Of a stretch of DNA of 64,000 bases, positions 18,920 through 27,309 are shown in pieces (the first letter of the stretch is position 1; each line of letters begins with the position of its first letter). The stretch covers positions 192,001 to 256,000 of the forward strand of contig JBMOPW010000014.1 of NCBI GenBank assembly GCA_049322915.1, in the 5' to 3' direction. This DNA is from Candidatus Zhuqueibacterota bacterium (GTDB taxonomy: Bacteria > Zhuqueibacterota > Zhuqueibacteria > Thermofontimicrobiales > Thermofontimicrobiaceae). Below the pieces are notes generated by a model. It was given only the letters and a program-made list of their open reading frames with translations. It did not search any database and was not told where the DNA came from. The position numbers were made by a program, and so were the translations under genes.

Positions 18920-20135
18920 TCAAATGAAAATTACGAGTTCAGATTACGGCATGATACTCGTCGTATTTCTGCTCATCTGCGTCGGGCTGGTGGCTATTTA
19001 TAGCGCATCGTATCAGGTGGAATCGCCCGCATTGCGAGCTAATTTTGCCAAGCAGCTTCTGTGGTTTTTTATAGCAACCGTCCTCATGGTCGTTGCCATC
19101 ATTGTCCCCACGCGCGGGTATTTCATTGCCAGCTACTGGATGTATGGCCTTTCCATCATCTTTCTAATCCTGACGTTGATTATCGGCCATGGGAATTCTG
19201 TGATGCGGTGGATAACAATTGGCCCATTCAAATTTCAACCGTCGGAGTTCGCGAAGATCGCTATTATACTCACATTGGCCCGGTATCTATCCGACGAAAA
19301 AAGAGACTTGAACAAATTGAAGGATATTGGCATCGCTGCCGGACTGGTGTTTGTGCCTTTTCTTTTAATCGCGCGCCAGCCAGATCTGGGCACATCACTG
19401 GTTTTTATGACTATCACTATGCCAATTTTATACTGGGCCGGTCTGCCTGCCTTTTACCTGTTCACCATTTTTGCCCCGTTTTTAGTAATGATTGCATCTT
19501 TCAATTTCTATACATTTTCACTAACCATGCTTGTGATTGCAGTCGTGCTGATACTATTCCGACGAGGCCTGTTTGTTGTCATTTCGAATATGATTCTGAA
19601 TATTAGCGTTGGCATCATCACCCCGATTTTATGGAATATGCTTCATGATTATCAGAAGCATCGTATTCTGACCTTCATCGGCCTGGAGATGGACCCGCGC
19701 GGATTGAGTTACCAGGTCATTCAATCGAAAGTCGCAATTGGTTCCGGCGGATTGCTTGGCAAAGGATTGACCAATGGCACCCAGACGCAACTCCGGTTTT
19801 TACCGGCGCAGCACACGGACTTTGTCTTTTCGCTGATCGGCGAGGAAATGGGTTTCGTCGGCAGCCTGTTTGTTATAGTGCTATTCATGATTCTTTTGCT
19901 CAGAGGAATTCATATCGCTTCACGGGTGAGAAATCAGTTCTCCGCGCTGATGGCCATCGGCGCTGTGACAGTCATTGGTTTTCATGTCATCGTAAACATT
20001 GGAATGACAGTGGGGATGTTGCCCGTTACCGGGCTGCCACTGCCTTTTGTCAGTTACGGGGGATCATTTTTAATTGTCTGTATGATTTTAATTGGAATGA
20101 TAATTAACGCCTCGGTGAGGAGGTACAGGTATTAA
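18906..20135 (+). CDS. rodA: SEDS peptidoglycan polymerase RodA
   Basis: QPSEFAK, QPDLGT, AIGSGG, LPAQHTDF, LPFVSYGGS. Confidence 0.95.
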   Translation: MLSFNQMKITSSDYGMILVVFLLICVGLVAIYSASYQVESPALRANFAKQLLWFFIATVLMVVAIIVPTRGYFIASYWMYGLSIIFLILTLIIGHGNSVMRWITIGPFKFQPSEFAKIAIILTLARYLSDEKRDLNKLKDIGIAAGLVFVPFLLIARQPDLGTSLVFMTITMPILYWAGLPAFYLFTIFAPFLVMIASFNFYTFSLTMLVIAVVLILFRRGLFVVISNMILNISVGIITPILWNMLHDYQKHRILTFIGLEMDPRGLSYQVIQSKVAIGSGGLLGKGLTNGTQTQLRFLPAQHTDFVFSLIGEEMGFVGSLFVIVLFMILLLRGIHIASRVRNQFSALMAIGAVTVIGFHVIVNIGMTVGMLPVTGLPLPFVSYGGSFLIVCMILIGMIINASVRRYRY

Positions 20136-20150
20136 TTAAATTGTGGGAAC

Positions 20151-20972
20151 TTGCACGTGCACTCAAAATTATTTCAAATAGGTCCTTTAGAAATTCATAG
20201 CTATGGATTGGCGTTAGCATTATCTTTTCTTTTGGGTATTTACTTTTCCATGTATCGCGCCAAGAAACGCGGCATCGACCCGAACCAGGTGGTCGATCTT
20301 TCGGTGGGCATTGTCATCAGCGCCATTTTAGGATCTCGATTTTTATATGTCATATTTCATTTGGATGAGTTTCGGGGTCATTGGCTGGACACAGTGAATC
20401 CGTTCCAGAGTTCGGGACAGGTTGGAATTGCCGGATTGACCATGCTCGGTGGCTTCATCGCAGCAGTTGCATTTAGTTTGATTTATATGCGATTGAAAAA
20501 AATGCCGGTCCTGAAAATTTCCGATTTGCTCGTGCCGGCTGTCGGACTGGGTTATTTCATCACGCGCATCGGCTGTTTCCTGAATGGCTGCTGCTACGGC
20601 GTTCCAACCGATATGCCGTGGGGTATGGTATTCCCCCAGGATAGTCCGGCCGGATATTGTTACCCGGGCGAACCGATTCATCCAGCGCAATTGTATTCAT
20701 CATTTTACGGACTGGTCATTTTTGGCCTCACATTGTTCCTCGAACGGTATAAGAAGTTCGATGGCTTCCTGCTATTTGTCTTTTTCATTCTCTACGGCGT
20801 CTCGCGTTTCACAGTGGATATGTTTCGGTACTACGAAAATAGTATGGTCCTGCTCCGCCTGGGAAATTTTACAATTTCTGTGAATCAGGGAATCAGTATT
20901 CTGCTCATCCTTTTAGGCGGCGTGCTTATTTTTTTCTATTCAAAACGAGCGAAAAAGCTGGGAGCTGTTTGA
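20151..20972 (+). CDS. lgt: Prolipoprotein diacylglyceryl transferase
   Basis: IHSYG, RIGCFLNGCCYG, HPAQLY, YGVSRF. TTG start is uncertain. Confidence 0.92.
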   Translation: MHVHSKLFQIGPLEIHSYGLALALSFLLGIYFSMYRAKKRGIDPNQVVDLSVGIVISAILGSRFLYVIFHLDEFRGHWLDTVNPFQSSGQVGIAGLTMLGGFIAAVAFSLIYMRLKKMPVLKISDLLVPAVGLGYFITRIGCFLNGCCYGVPTDMPWGMVFPQDSPAGYCYPGEPIHPAQLYSSFYGLVIFGLTLFLERYKKFDGFLLFVFFILYGVSRFTVDMFRYYENSMVLLRLGNFTISVNQGISILLILLGGVLIFFYSKRAKKLGAV

Positions 20973-21041
20973 TCTGGAACCATTTAATCCGATTGCCGCA
21001 CTGCTGAGCTATTAAAAATTGAAGCAGATTGAAGAATTGAC

Positions 21042-21075
21042 AACAGCGCAGAAAGTACTCTGCGCTGTTTGTATG
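21042..21075 (+). terminator. Probable intrinsic terminator hairpin after lgt
   Basis: Perfect 11-bp stem AACAGCGCAGA / TCTGCGCTGTT with a 6-nt loop; the U-tract is short. Confidence 0.55.
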
Positions 21076-21334
21076 GGTAAATATATCGGTCTGAAATCTC
21101 AGATTGAGCAGTAACTGTCGTATGATTGCGACTTGAATTTCGTGTGGGTTCATCTCCCACAATACATGCGTCATTCACGACCAATCACATAAGTGCGAAA
21201 GGAGCAACAGGAATTTTCCTGACTTGCACATGCAAAATAAAAAATGAAAATGATAGAAGTAATCAGCTATTCGGTTATTATTTTTGTATTATAGATAAAT
21301 CTTATTACATAATTGTCAAAATCAAAAAAATCGC

Positions 21335-21363
21335 TTGACTTTTTTGTTAAAGTTTAATACATT
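21335..21363 (+). promoter_or_regulatory. Sigma70-type promoter
   Basis: TTGACT (21335-40), 17-bp spacer, TACATT (21358-63); A-rich upstream tract; AAGGAGG RBS before 21415. Confidence 0.7.
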
Positions 21364-21414
21364 TTTACAACTAAGTTCCTCAAACTGTTTTAGTTATGGA
21401 TAAGGAGGGGAAGA

Positions 21415-22584
21415 TTGGTAAATAAAATAGCATATTTTTATATATTCATCATTTCATTATTCATAGCGACCACTGCTGTGGCTGGTGGTGATCAGTCAAA
21501 CTTCGGGATTGGACTGCGTTCAGGTGTAAATCGTCTCGAAGGCGACCTGACAAAACCTTCATTCAATCCATTCATCTACGGTCATTTGACTTACAATGCA
21601 TTTGACTACTTAGCCATTGGATTCTCCGGTGGATATTCAGTTTCAGGAGATGAAGACGCGCCTGATTTTCAAACAATCATTATTCCCTATGAAGGGGATT
21701 TGATTTTTTCATTTTTCCCATTGGGAAAGGTGAATCCATACGTGGTGCTTGGCGCCGGAGGATTATACTGGAATTTCACTCAGGATGGCGAGACGGTCCG
21801 GTACGCGTCTGGCAAGCTGGCCAAGGGACATGATCTGTCCGTGAAAAGCGGCGGAGGGTTGGAAATAAAACTGAACCGGGCCAGGACTTTTTACTTGAAT
21901 ATCGGCGCGACATTCCGCTACTCCATGTCGGACATGCTCGATAACCGATACTCCGGCGACGAGAACGATGGATTCATCGATGTCTTCGGTGGATTCACAT
22001 ATTATTTCAGGGGCAGCTCCCGCGGCGATAAAGATAATGATGGCGTTCCTGATGAGATAGATTTGAAATCGGAAATTCGGGAAGACCCGGATGGGTATAT
22101 GGATCATGACGGCTCCCCAGACGGTATCCCCCCAGTAACCATTGCCCTGAGCTCGACCGATCAGATAAACACAGATGTCGATAAAGAACCGCCGGTTGTG
22201 ATACACTCCCCGGTCAGGAGAGTCGAGGAGGGGCAGACGGTTAAGATTGACGCTGATATCTATGAAAACAAACAACTGAAAGTCGCATCGGTGATTTATC
22301 GACCACTCGGATTTGATCGCTGGAAAGTGGAGAAATTGCGATGCGTGGGTGGAACATTATATGAAGGATTCATCCCCGGAACTGCGGTGAAAAAGCAGGG
22401 GTTAGAATATTGTGTGATTGCAGTTGATGAGGCTGTCAGCGGGGTTGGCTATAGCGGGCTGCCTAAACTGCCGATTCGTGTAGAAGTACTGGGTCATTCA
22501 AAAGCATGGCGCATTTTGAGCAGCGCTGCAGCCTTGGCTGGTTGGGGGGGAGCGAGTTATTTAATTTTAAGAAAACAAGAATAA
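21415..22584 (+). CDS. Outer-membrane beta-barrel protein with Asp-rich Ca-binding repeats, an Ig-like domain and a C-terminal hydrophobic tail
   Basis: Signal peptide; amphipathic strands (VNPYVVLGAG, FGGFTYYF); DKDNDGVPDEID/EDPDGYMDHDGSPD repeats; DKEPPVVIHSPV..LEYCVIAVD; tail ILSSAAALAGWGGASYLILRKQE. Confidence 0.7.
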   Translation: MVNKIAYFYIFIISLFIATTAVAGGDQSNFGIGLRSGVNRLEGDLTKPSFNPFIYGHLTYNAFDYLAIGFSGGYSVSGDEDAPDFQTIIIPYEGDLIFSFFPLGKVNPYVVLGAGGLYWNFTQDGETVRYASGKLAKGHDLSVKSGGGLEIKLNRARTFYLNIGATFRYSMSDMLDNRYSGDENDGFIDVFGGFTYYFRGSSRGDKDNDGVPDEIDLKSEIREDPDGYMDHDGSPDGIPPVTIALSSTDQINTDVDKEPPVVIHSPVRRVEEGQTVKIDADIYENKQLKVASVIYRPLGFDRWKVEKLRCVGGTLYEGFIPGTAVKKQGLEYCVIAVDEAVSGVGYSGLPKLPIRVEVLGHSKAWRILSSAAALAGWGGASYLILRKQE

Positions 22585-22605
22585 CTATATCGAGAGGGGA
22601 GTACA

Positions 22606-23412
22606 ATGAAAATCTTTACATTTAGTCGCATCATTTTCCTCGTAGGCTTGAGCTTAATCGTTGTATGGGGATGTAGTTCGAACCAACCACAGGTGAACAC
22701 AGAGGGGACAGAATCAACAGATGGTGGGCAGTCGGAAATCGATCAGCTATTTGGAATAAATGATGAAAATGAAAATGCAAAAAAATCTCAGGATGAAGAT
22801 GAAGTCCTGCAATTATTAGGAATTCAAAAGGAACAGGGTGCGGCAAATTCTGTTGACAGCACGACAAATGATGATGCCTTGCGAAGTGAAATCATGCAAC
22901 TGGAGCAGAGGCTGTCGGATAAAGATAGTGAGATATCCAATTTGAAATCCCAGATTGCCACGAAGGACGAGAAAATAACTCAGTTGGAAACTACTGAATA
23001 TTCGAAACCAGCAACCTCAGAAAAGAGTGCGTATGCTGCAACCGGGAACTTCAAGCAGGATTACCAAAACGCACTTTCGGAATATGATAACCGTAACTAT
23101 AAAGCTGCAATTCAGATGTTCAAAGACTTATTAGCCCAGGACGCCAATAATTCTTTATCCGACAATTGCCGCTATTGGATTGGTGAAAGTTATTATGGTC
23201 TCGGGGATTATAATCAGGCCATCATTGAATTTACAAAAGTATTCTCGTTCGCAAATTCAAATAAAGCGGACGCTGCTCAATTGAAATTGGGACTGTGCTA
23301 TTTGCGATTGGGAGATCAGGCCCGCGCCCGACAGGAGTTCGAACGTTTAGTGAGTGATTACCCTCAAAGTGAATTCATTTCTAAAGCTCAGGAATACATT
23401 GCAAAACTTTGA
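22606..23412 (+). CDS. CpoB/YbgF-like TPR lipoprotein (Tol-Pal associated)
   Basis: Lipobox VVWGC, coiled coil, TPRs 'SDNCRYWIGESYY', 'SNKADAAQLKLG', 'LVSDYPQSE'. Confidence 0.8.
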   Translation: MKIFTFSRIIFLVGLSLIVVWGCSSNQPQVNTEGTESTDGGQSEIDQLFGINDENENAKKSQDEDEVLQLLGIQKEQGAANSVDSTTNDDALRSEIMQLEQRLSDKDSEISNLKSQIATKDEKITQLETTEYSKPATSEKSAYAATGNFKQDYQNALSEYDNRNYKAAIQMFKDLLAQDANNSLSDNCRYWIGESYYGLGDYNQAIIEFTKVFSFANSNKADAAQLKLGLCYLRLGDQARARQEFERLVSDYPQSEFISKAQEYIAKL

Positions 23413-23439
23413 AAAATGTTCTCATAATAAAATTTCATG

Positions 23440-23478
23440 AAAGGTCGGAGGAGATTTTCCCTTCGGCCTTTATTTTTA
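23440..23478 (+). terminator. Intrinsic terminator
   Basis: AAGGTCGGAGG...CCTTCGGCCTT stem (with G-U pairs) followed by TATTTTT. Confidence 0.7.
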
Positions 23479-23560
23479 TATTGATTTTGATTAAAAAAAG
23501 ATTATATTAACATTTATATTTTCAAGCCGATAACTATTTCGTAATAGGAAAAATGGTGCG

Positions 23561-24580
23561 ATGATAGATATAATGCGAGAACCACCTCAACTCAGAAAGG
23601 ATCCAGTCATTGGACGCTGGGTGATTATTTCCACGGATAGAGGGAAACGTCCTTCCGATTGGGCGGTGGAAGGTGAAGCGAAGCGTGGCGGTTTCTGTCC
23701 ATTTTGTCCCGGCAATGAAGATAAAACCCCGCCAGAAATTATTGCCCGACGAAAAAATGGATTGGCCAAAGATACCCCAGGATGGGATATCCGCGTTGTA
23801 CCCAATAAATTTCCAGCGCTCCAGATTGAAGGTGAACTCAATCGACGCGGTGAAGGTATTTTCGACATGATGAACGGGATTGGGGCGCATGAGGTCGTCA
23901 TTGAAAGTCCTGACCATCTGATGGAATTGGCTGATTTATCGGTGGATTATATCAGAGACATCTTTTGGGTTTTCCGGGAACGAATTGTCGATTTGAAAAA
24001 TGACATACGGTTCAAATATATCCTGGTATTTAAAAATCACGGACGTGCTGCGGGCGCTTCTTTGGAACACTCGCATTCTCAAATTATTGCCATGCCCATT
24101 GTTCCAAAGCGTGTCCTTGAAGAACTGGATGGAGCAAGGAAATATTACAACTACAAAGAACGATGCATTTTTTGCGATATAATCCGACAGGAGATACAGT
24201 GGAAATCCCGGCTCATTATTCATAATCCTAATTTTGTCGTCTTCGAACCTTTTGCCGCTCGATTTCCATTCGAAACATGGCTTCTTCCAACTCAACACAG
24301 CTTCAGTTTTGAAAGTATTTCTTACGATGATACCTATGAACTTGCCGCTACCATCAAAGAAATACTGCAACGAATAAACAAGACTCTCGATAATCCACCC
24401 TATAATTTTATCATCCATACTTCTCCCCTGCAGGACCAAGAATATCTGGAATATCATTGGCATATTGAGATAATTCCCAAATTGACCAAAGTGGCCGGAT
24501 TCGAATGGGGTTCGGGATTTTATATTAATCCGACACCTCCGGAAGATGCGGCACAGGCGCTTCGGGAAATCCAGTTGTAG
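23561..24580 (+). CDS. galT: GalT-family HIT nucleotidylyltransferase (galactose-1-P uridylyltransferase / ADP-glucose phosphorylase-like)
   Basis: LRKDP..GRWVII, CPFCPGNE, VPNKFPAL, GAHEVVIE, AGASLEHSHSQ, HWHIEI. Start may be 23573. Confidence 0.85.
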   Translation: MIDIMREPPQLRKDPVIGRWVIISTDRGKRPSDWAVEGEAKRGGFCPFCPGNEDKTPPEIIARRKNGLAKDTPGWDIRVVPNKFPALQIEGELNRRGEGIFDMMNGIGAHEVVIESPDHLMELADLSVDYIRDIFWVFRERIVDLKNDIRFKYILVFKNHGRAAGASLEHSHSQIIAMPIVPKRVLEELDGARKYYNYKERCIFCDIIRQEIQWKSRLIIHNPNFVVFEPFAARFPFETWLLPTQHSFSFESISYDDTYELAATIKEILQRINKTLDNPPYNFIIHTSPLQDQEYLEYHWHIEIIPKLTKVAGFEWGSGFYINPTPPEDAAQALREIQL

Positions 24581-24671
24581 AAGTTGGATGGTTCTTCTCA
24601 CAGATAACGGCTCAGGATAAGCACAGCATTTCGACTGAGAATTTTGTTGGTCTCAAACCACAGAGGCAGTT

Positions 24672-26150
24672 ATGCAAAAAAAATTAAAGATATTATATAT
24701 TTCTTCAGAGATCGCTCCGTTCGCAAAGACAGGGGGATTGGCCGATGTCGCGGGAGCGTTACCCAAAATTTTAAAAGAGAATGAACATGACATTCGTTTG
24801 TTCATGCCGAAATACGCCTCGATAAATGAGAGAAAATTTACACTCAGAGAAGTGATACGGTTGAAGGATATCATCGTTCCTTTAGGCAATAAAACCGCTG
24901 CTGCAAATGTGAAATCGGCCTTTTTGCCCGACTCAAAAGTGCAGGTATACTTCATTGAAAATAAAGAGTATTTCAATCGGCCTGATTTTTATATTGATCC
25001 GGAAACAAATAAAGACTGGCCTGATAATGCGGAGCGATTCATTTTCTTCAGTCGCGCTGCCCTGGAAATTCTGAAAATACTTCACTGGCAGCCGGATATT
25101 ATTCATTGCAATGATTGGCAGAGCGCGCTTATACCCTTGTATCTGAAAACAATTTTTAAGGATGACCCATTTTTTGCCGAAACGCATTCGTTGCTATCGA
25201 TTCATAATATTGCTTTCCAGGGAGTTTTCGAGCCGGAGATTTTACCGTTGATGGGTGTGCCTGATGATTTATACTATAAAGAGAGTCCGATAGAATTCTG
25301 GGGAAAAATAAATTTCCTTAAAGGTGGCATTGTTTATGCCGATGTCATTAATACGGTCAGTAAGAATTATGCTAAGGAAATTCAATCGACAGACGAGTTC
25401 GGCCGCGGGCTTCAATTTGAATTGAGAAAACGCAATATCGATTTGTACGGTATCGTCAACGGAATTGATTACTCAGTGTGGGATCCGGAAATCGATACGT
25501 TGATTGCAGCCAATTATTCGCGACGCGACCTGACCGGTAAAGCGGCGAATAAAAAATTCCTCGTGGAATCCCTGGGTCTGAACTATGATGAAAACGCAGC
25601 GGTGATTGGTACTGTTTCCCGTCTGACAGATCAGAAGGGATTTGATTTGATAGCCGAGGCCCTCGATGAAATGCTCAAAATGAACGTGCAGTATATTTTG
25701 CTGGGCACCGGCGATGAAATGTATCACAAGCTATTCGAGAAATTTGCGCAGAAATATCCCAAGAAAATCTCCGTCAATCTGAAGTTTGATAATCAGTTGG
25801 CTCATCAAATCGAGGCTGGCTGCGATATGTTTTTGATGCCGTCGCAGTTTGAACCCTGTGGGCTGAATCAGTTATACAGCCTCAAATACGGCACCATTCC
25901 CATTGTTCGGGCGACCGGTGGATTGGTCGATACGGTGAAGAAGATAGATTCTGACCTCAAGAGAGGATGGGGTTTCGTTTTTACGGACTATTCGTCCCGG
26001 GCGATGCTAGATGAAGTGCGCCGTGCTGTGGAAAGTTTTAAGGACAAGGAAAATTGGCGGATGTTGATGTCTCGAGCAATGAAGCTGGATTTTTCCTGGC
26101 GCATGGCAACTGAAAAATATGAACGGTTATATGAAAAACTCGTTCCTTGA
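24672..26150 (+). CDS. glgA: Glycogen synthase (GT5)
   Basis: KTGGLADV, HCNDWQ, HNIAFQG, PSQFEPCGL, TGGLVDTV. Confidence 0.95.
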   Translation: MQKKLKILYISSEIAPFAKTGGLADVAGALPKILKENEHDIRLFMPKYASINERKFTLREVIRLKDIIVPLGNKTAAANVKSAFLPDSKVQVYFIENKEYFNRPDFYIDPETNKDWPDNAERFIFFSRAALEILKILHWQPDIIHCNDWQSALIPLYLKTIFKDDPFFAETHSLLSIHNIAFQGVFEPEILPLMGVPDDLYYKESPIEFWGKINFLKGGIVYADVINTVSKNYAKEIQSTDEFGRGLQFELRKRNIDLYGIVNGIDYSVWDPEIDTLIAANYSRRDLTGKAANKKFLVESLGLNYDENAAVIGTVSRLTDQKGFDLIAEALDEMLKMNVQYILLGTGDEMYHKLFEKFAQKYPKKISVNLKFDNQLAHQIEAGCDMFLMPSQFEPCGLNQLYSLKYGTIPIVRATGGLVDTVKKIDSDLKRGWGFVFTDYSSRAMLDEVRRAVESFKDKENWRMLMSRAMKLDFSWRMATEKYERLYEKLVP

Positions 26151-26235
26151 CATGATTCGTACGAATTGTTTCGGAGATTCGTAGCTTTTTATAACTTATA
26201 AATTCAGTAACTTCAAAAAAAATCATTCGTTACTT

Positions 26236-26270
26236 TGTTCCAACTTGTAACAATGTTTCGTGTCAGAACA
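26236..26270. promoter_or_regulatory. Two tandem TGTT-N9-AACA palindromes (candidate bEBP upstream activating sequences)
   Basis: TGTTCCAACTTGTAACA (26236-52) and TGTTTCGTGTCAGAACA (26254-70), 85-120 bp upstream of a sigma54 site. Confidence 0.5.
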
Positions 26271-26354
26271 GGAAAATGGGTTGGTTTCTCAATGTGGAAC
26301 TCGCCTGCCCATAGCAAATTAAATAACAAGCAAAACATTTGAGCTCAATTTTAA

Positions 26355-26370
26355 TGGCATTGTCTTTGCA
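26355..26370 (+). promoter_or_regulatory. Sigma54 (RpoN) -24/-12 promoter
   Basis: TGGCAT-TGTCT-TTGCA; GG (26356) to GC (26368) spacing is exactly 12, about 100 bp upstream of the STAS gene. Confidence 0.75.
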
Positions 26371-26467
26371 ACGTATTGGGTACGTTGTATTATCTGATCG
26401 TATTCTTGATTCGGGTCAATGTTTTGCAGGTAAAATACTTTTCACTGAACATGGATGATTATTGTCA

Positions 26468-27190
26468 ATGCAGGGAATTGAATTAGCCCTAAACAATATC
26501 GGAGCAAGGGGGGATATTGTTCTTGTAAAATTGAAAGGTTATATTGACACTACAACATCGAGTGAGGTTTCTGCAAAATTAAATACGATTCTTACAGATG
26601 GTATTTATCAATTAATAATTGACATGGGGGGCGTCAATTATGTCAGCAGCGCAGGGTGGGGGGTTTTTGTTGGGGAGATTCGGAACATTCGCGAACACGG
26701 CGGCGATTTAAAAATAGTCCAGATGACTCCTGATGTGCATGAGGTGTTTGAGATGTTGGAGTTCAATCGCATCCTGGACTACTATGAGACCATTGAAGAG
26801 GCGGTTAACGATTTTGATATTAGCATCGGGTTGGATATTACAAAAAGTGTACAACGAAAGAAAGTAGCTGTAAATCCCGATGATATTGCCGTATCAATTC
26901 CTTCACCCAAGGCGATGGCTCAGAAAGCGCAAATCAAAGGTGAGCGAAAACCAAAGTCCCGACACTCATTTACAAAACCAAAAATCAACGAAGCTACATT
27001 ACCACTTGTCGAGAAGGTTAAAATAATCGTCATTGAAAATCCGAATGATGGGACGCGACTAATTCAAAAAAAACTGAACACCCAACGGTTCGGTTTTGAA
27101 AAGGTCGGATTTTTCAAGGTGCGAGATATTCTGAAGAAGTATAATCTGGAAACCAGAGAAAAAAGATACCGATTCTATCGCTCTCGATAA
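26468..27190 (+). CDS. STAS (anti-sigma factor antagonist) domain protein with a basic C-terminal HTH-like extension
   Basis: LKGYIDTTT..LIIDMGGVNYVSSAGWG..GGDLKI..VHEVFEMLEF is a STAS domain; about 125 additional aa follow. Confidence 0.8.
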   Translation: MQGIELALNNIGARGDIVLVKLKGYIDTTTSSEVSAKLNTILTDGIYQLIIDMGGVNYVSSAGWGVFVGEIRNIREHGGDLKIVQMTPDVHEVFEMLEFNRILDYYETIEEAVNDFDISIGLDITKSVQRKKVAVNPDDIAVSIPSPKAMAQKAQIKGERKPKSRHSFTKPKINEATLPLVEKVKIIVIENPNDGTRLIQKKLNTQRFGFEKVGFFKVRDILKKYNLETREKRYRFYRSR

Positions 27191-27243
27191 TCTTTATAAG
27201 AAATTGGTGCTGTGGCTGTGGGATGAGGATTGTCAATTTATTT

Positions 27244-27290
27244 AAGCCCCTGCTAATATGAATTATAATATTTCAGGGGCTTTTTTTCTT
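27244..27290 (+). terminator. Intrinsic terminator between the STAS gene and wza
   Basis: AAGCCCCTG (27244-52) / CAGGGGCTT (27274-82) stem, with a T-run from 27281 (TTTTTTTCTT). Confidence 0.7.
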
Positions 27291-27309
27291 CAAATTAAAA
27301 ATGTAAGGG

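Noticed and set aside
21100..21175. tRNA-like T-arm (GTGGG TTCATCT CCCAC)
   Set aside because: The loop lacks the invariant A58, and no acceptor stem, D-arm or anticodon arm could be built, so it is not called a tRNA.
27002..27290. IS element remnant at the STAS C-terminus
   Set aside because: No DDE domain, terminal inverted repeats or target duplication; the HTH-like part is in frame within an intact gene.
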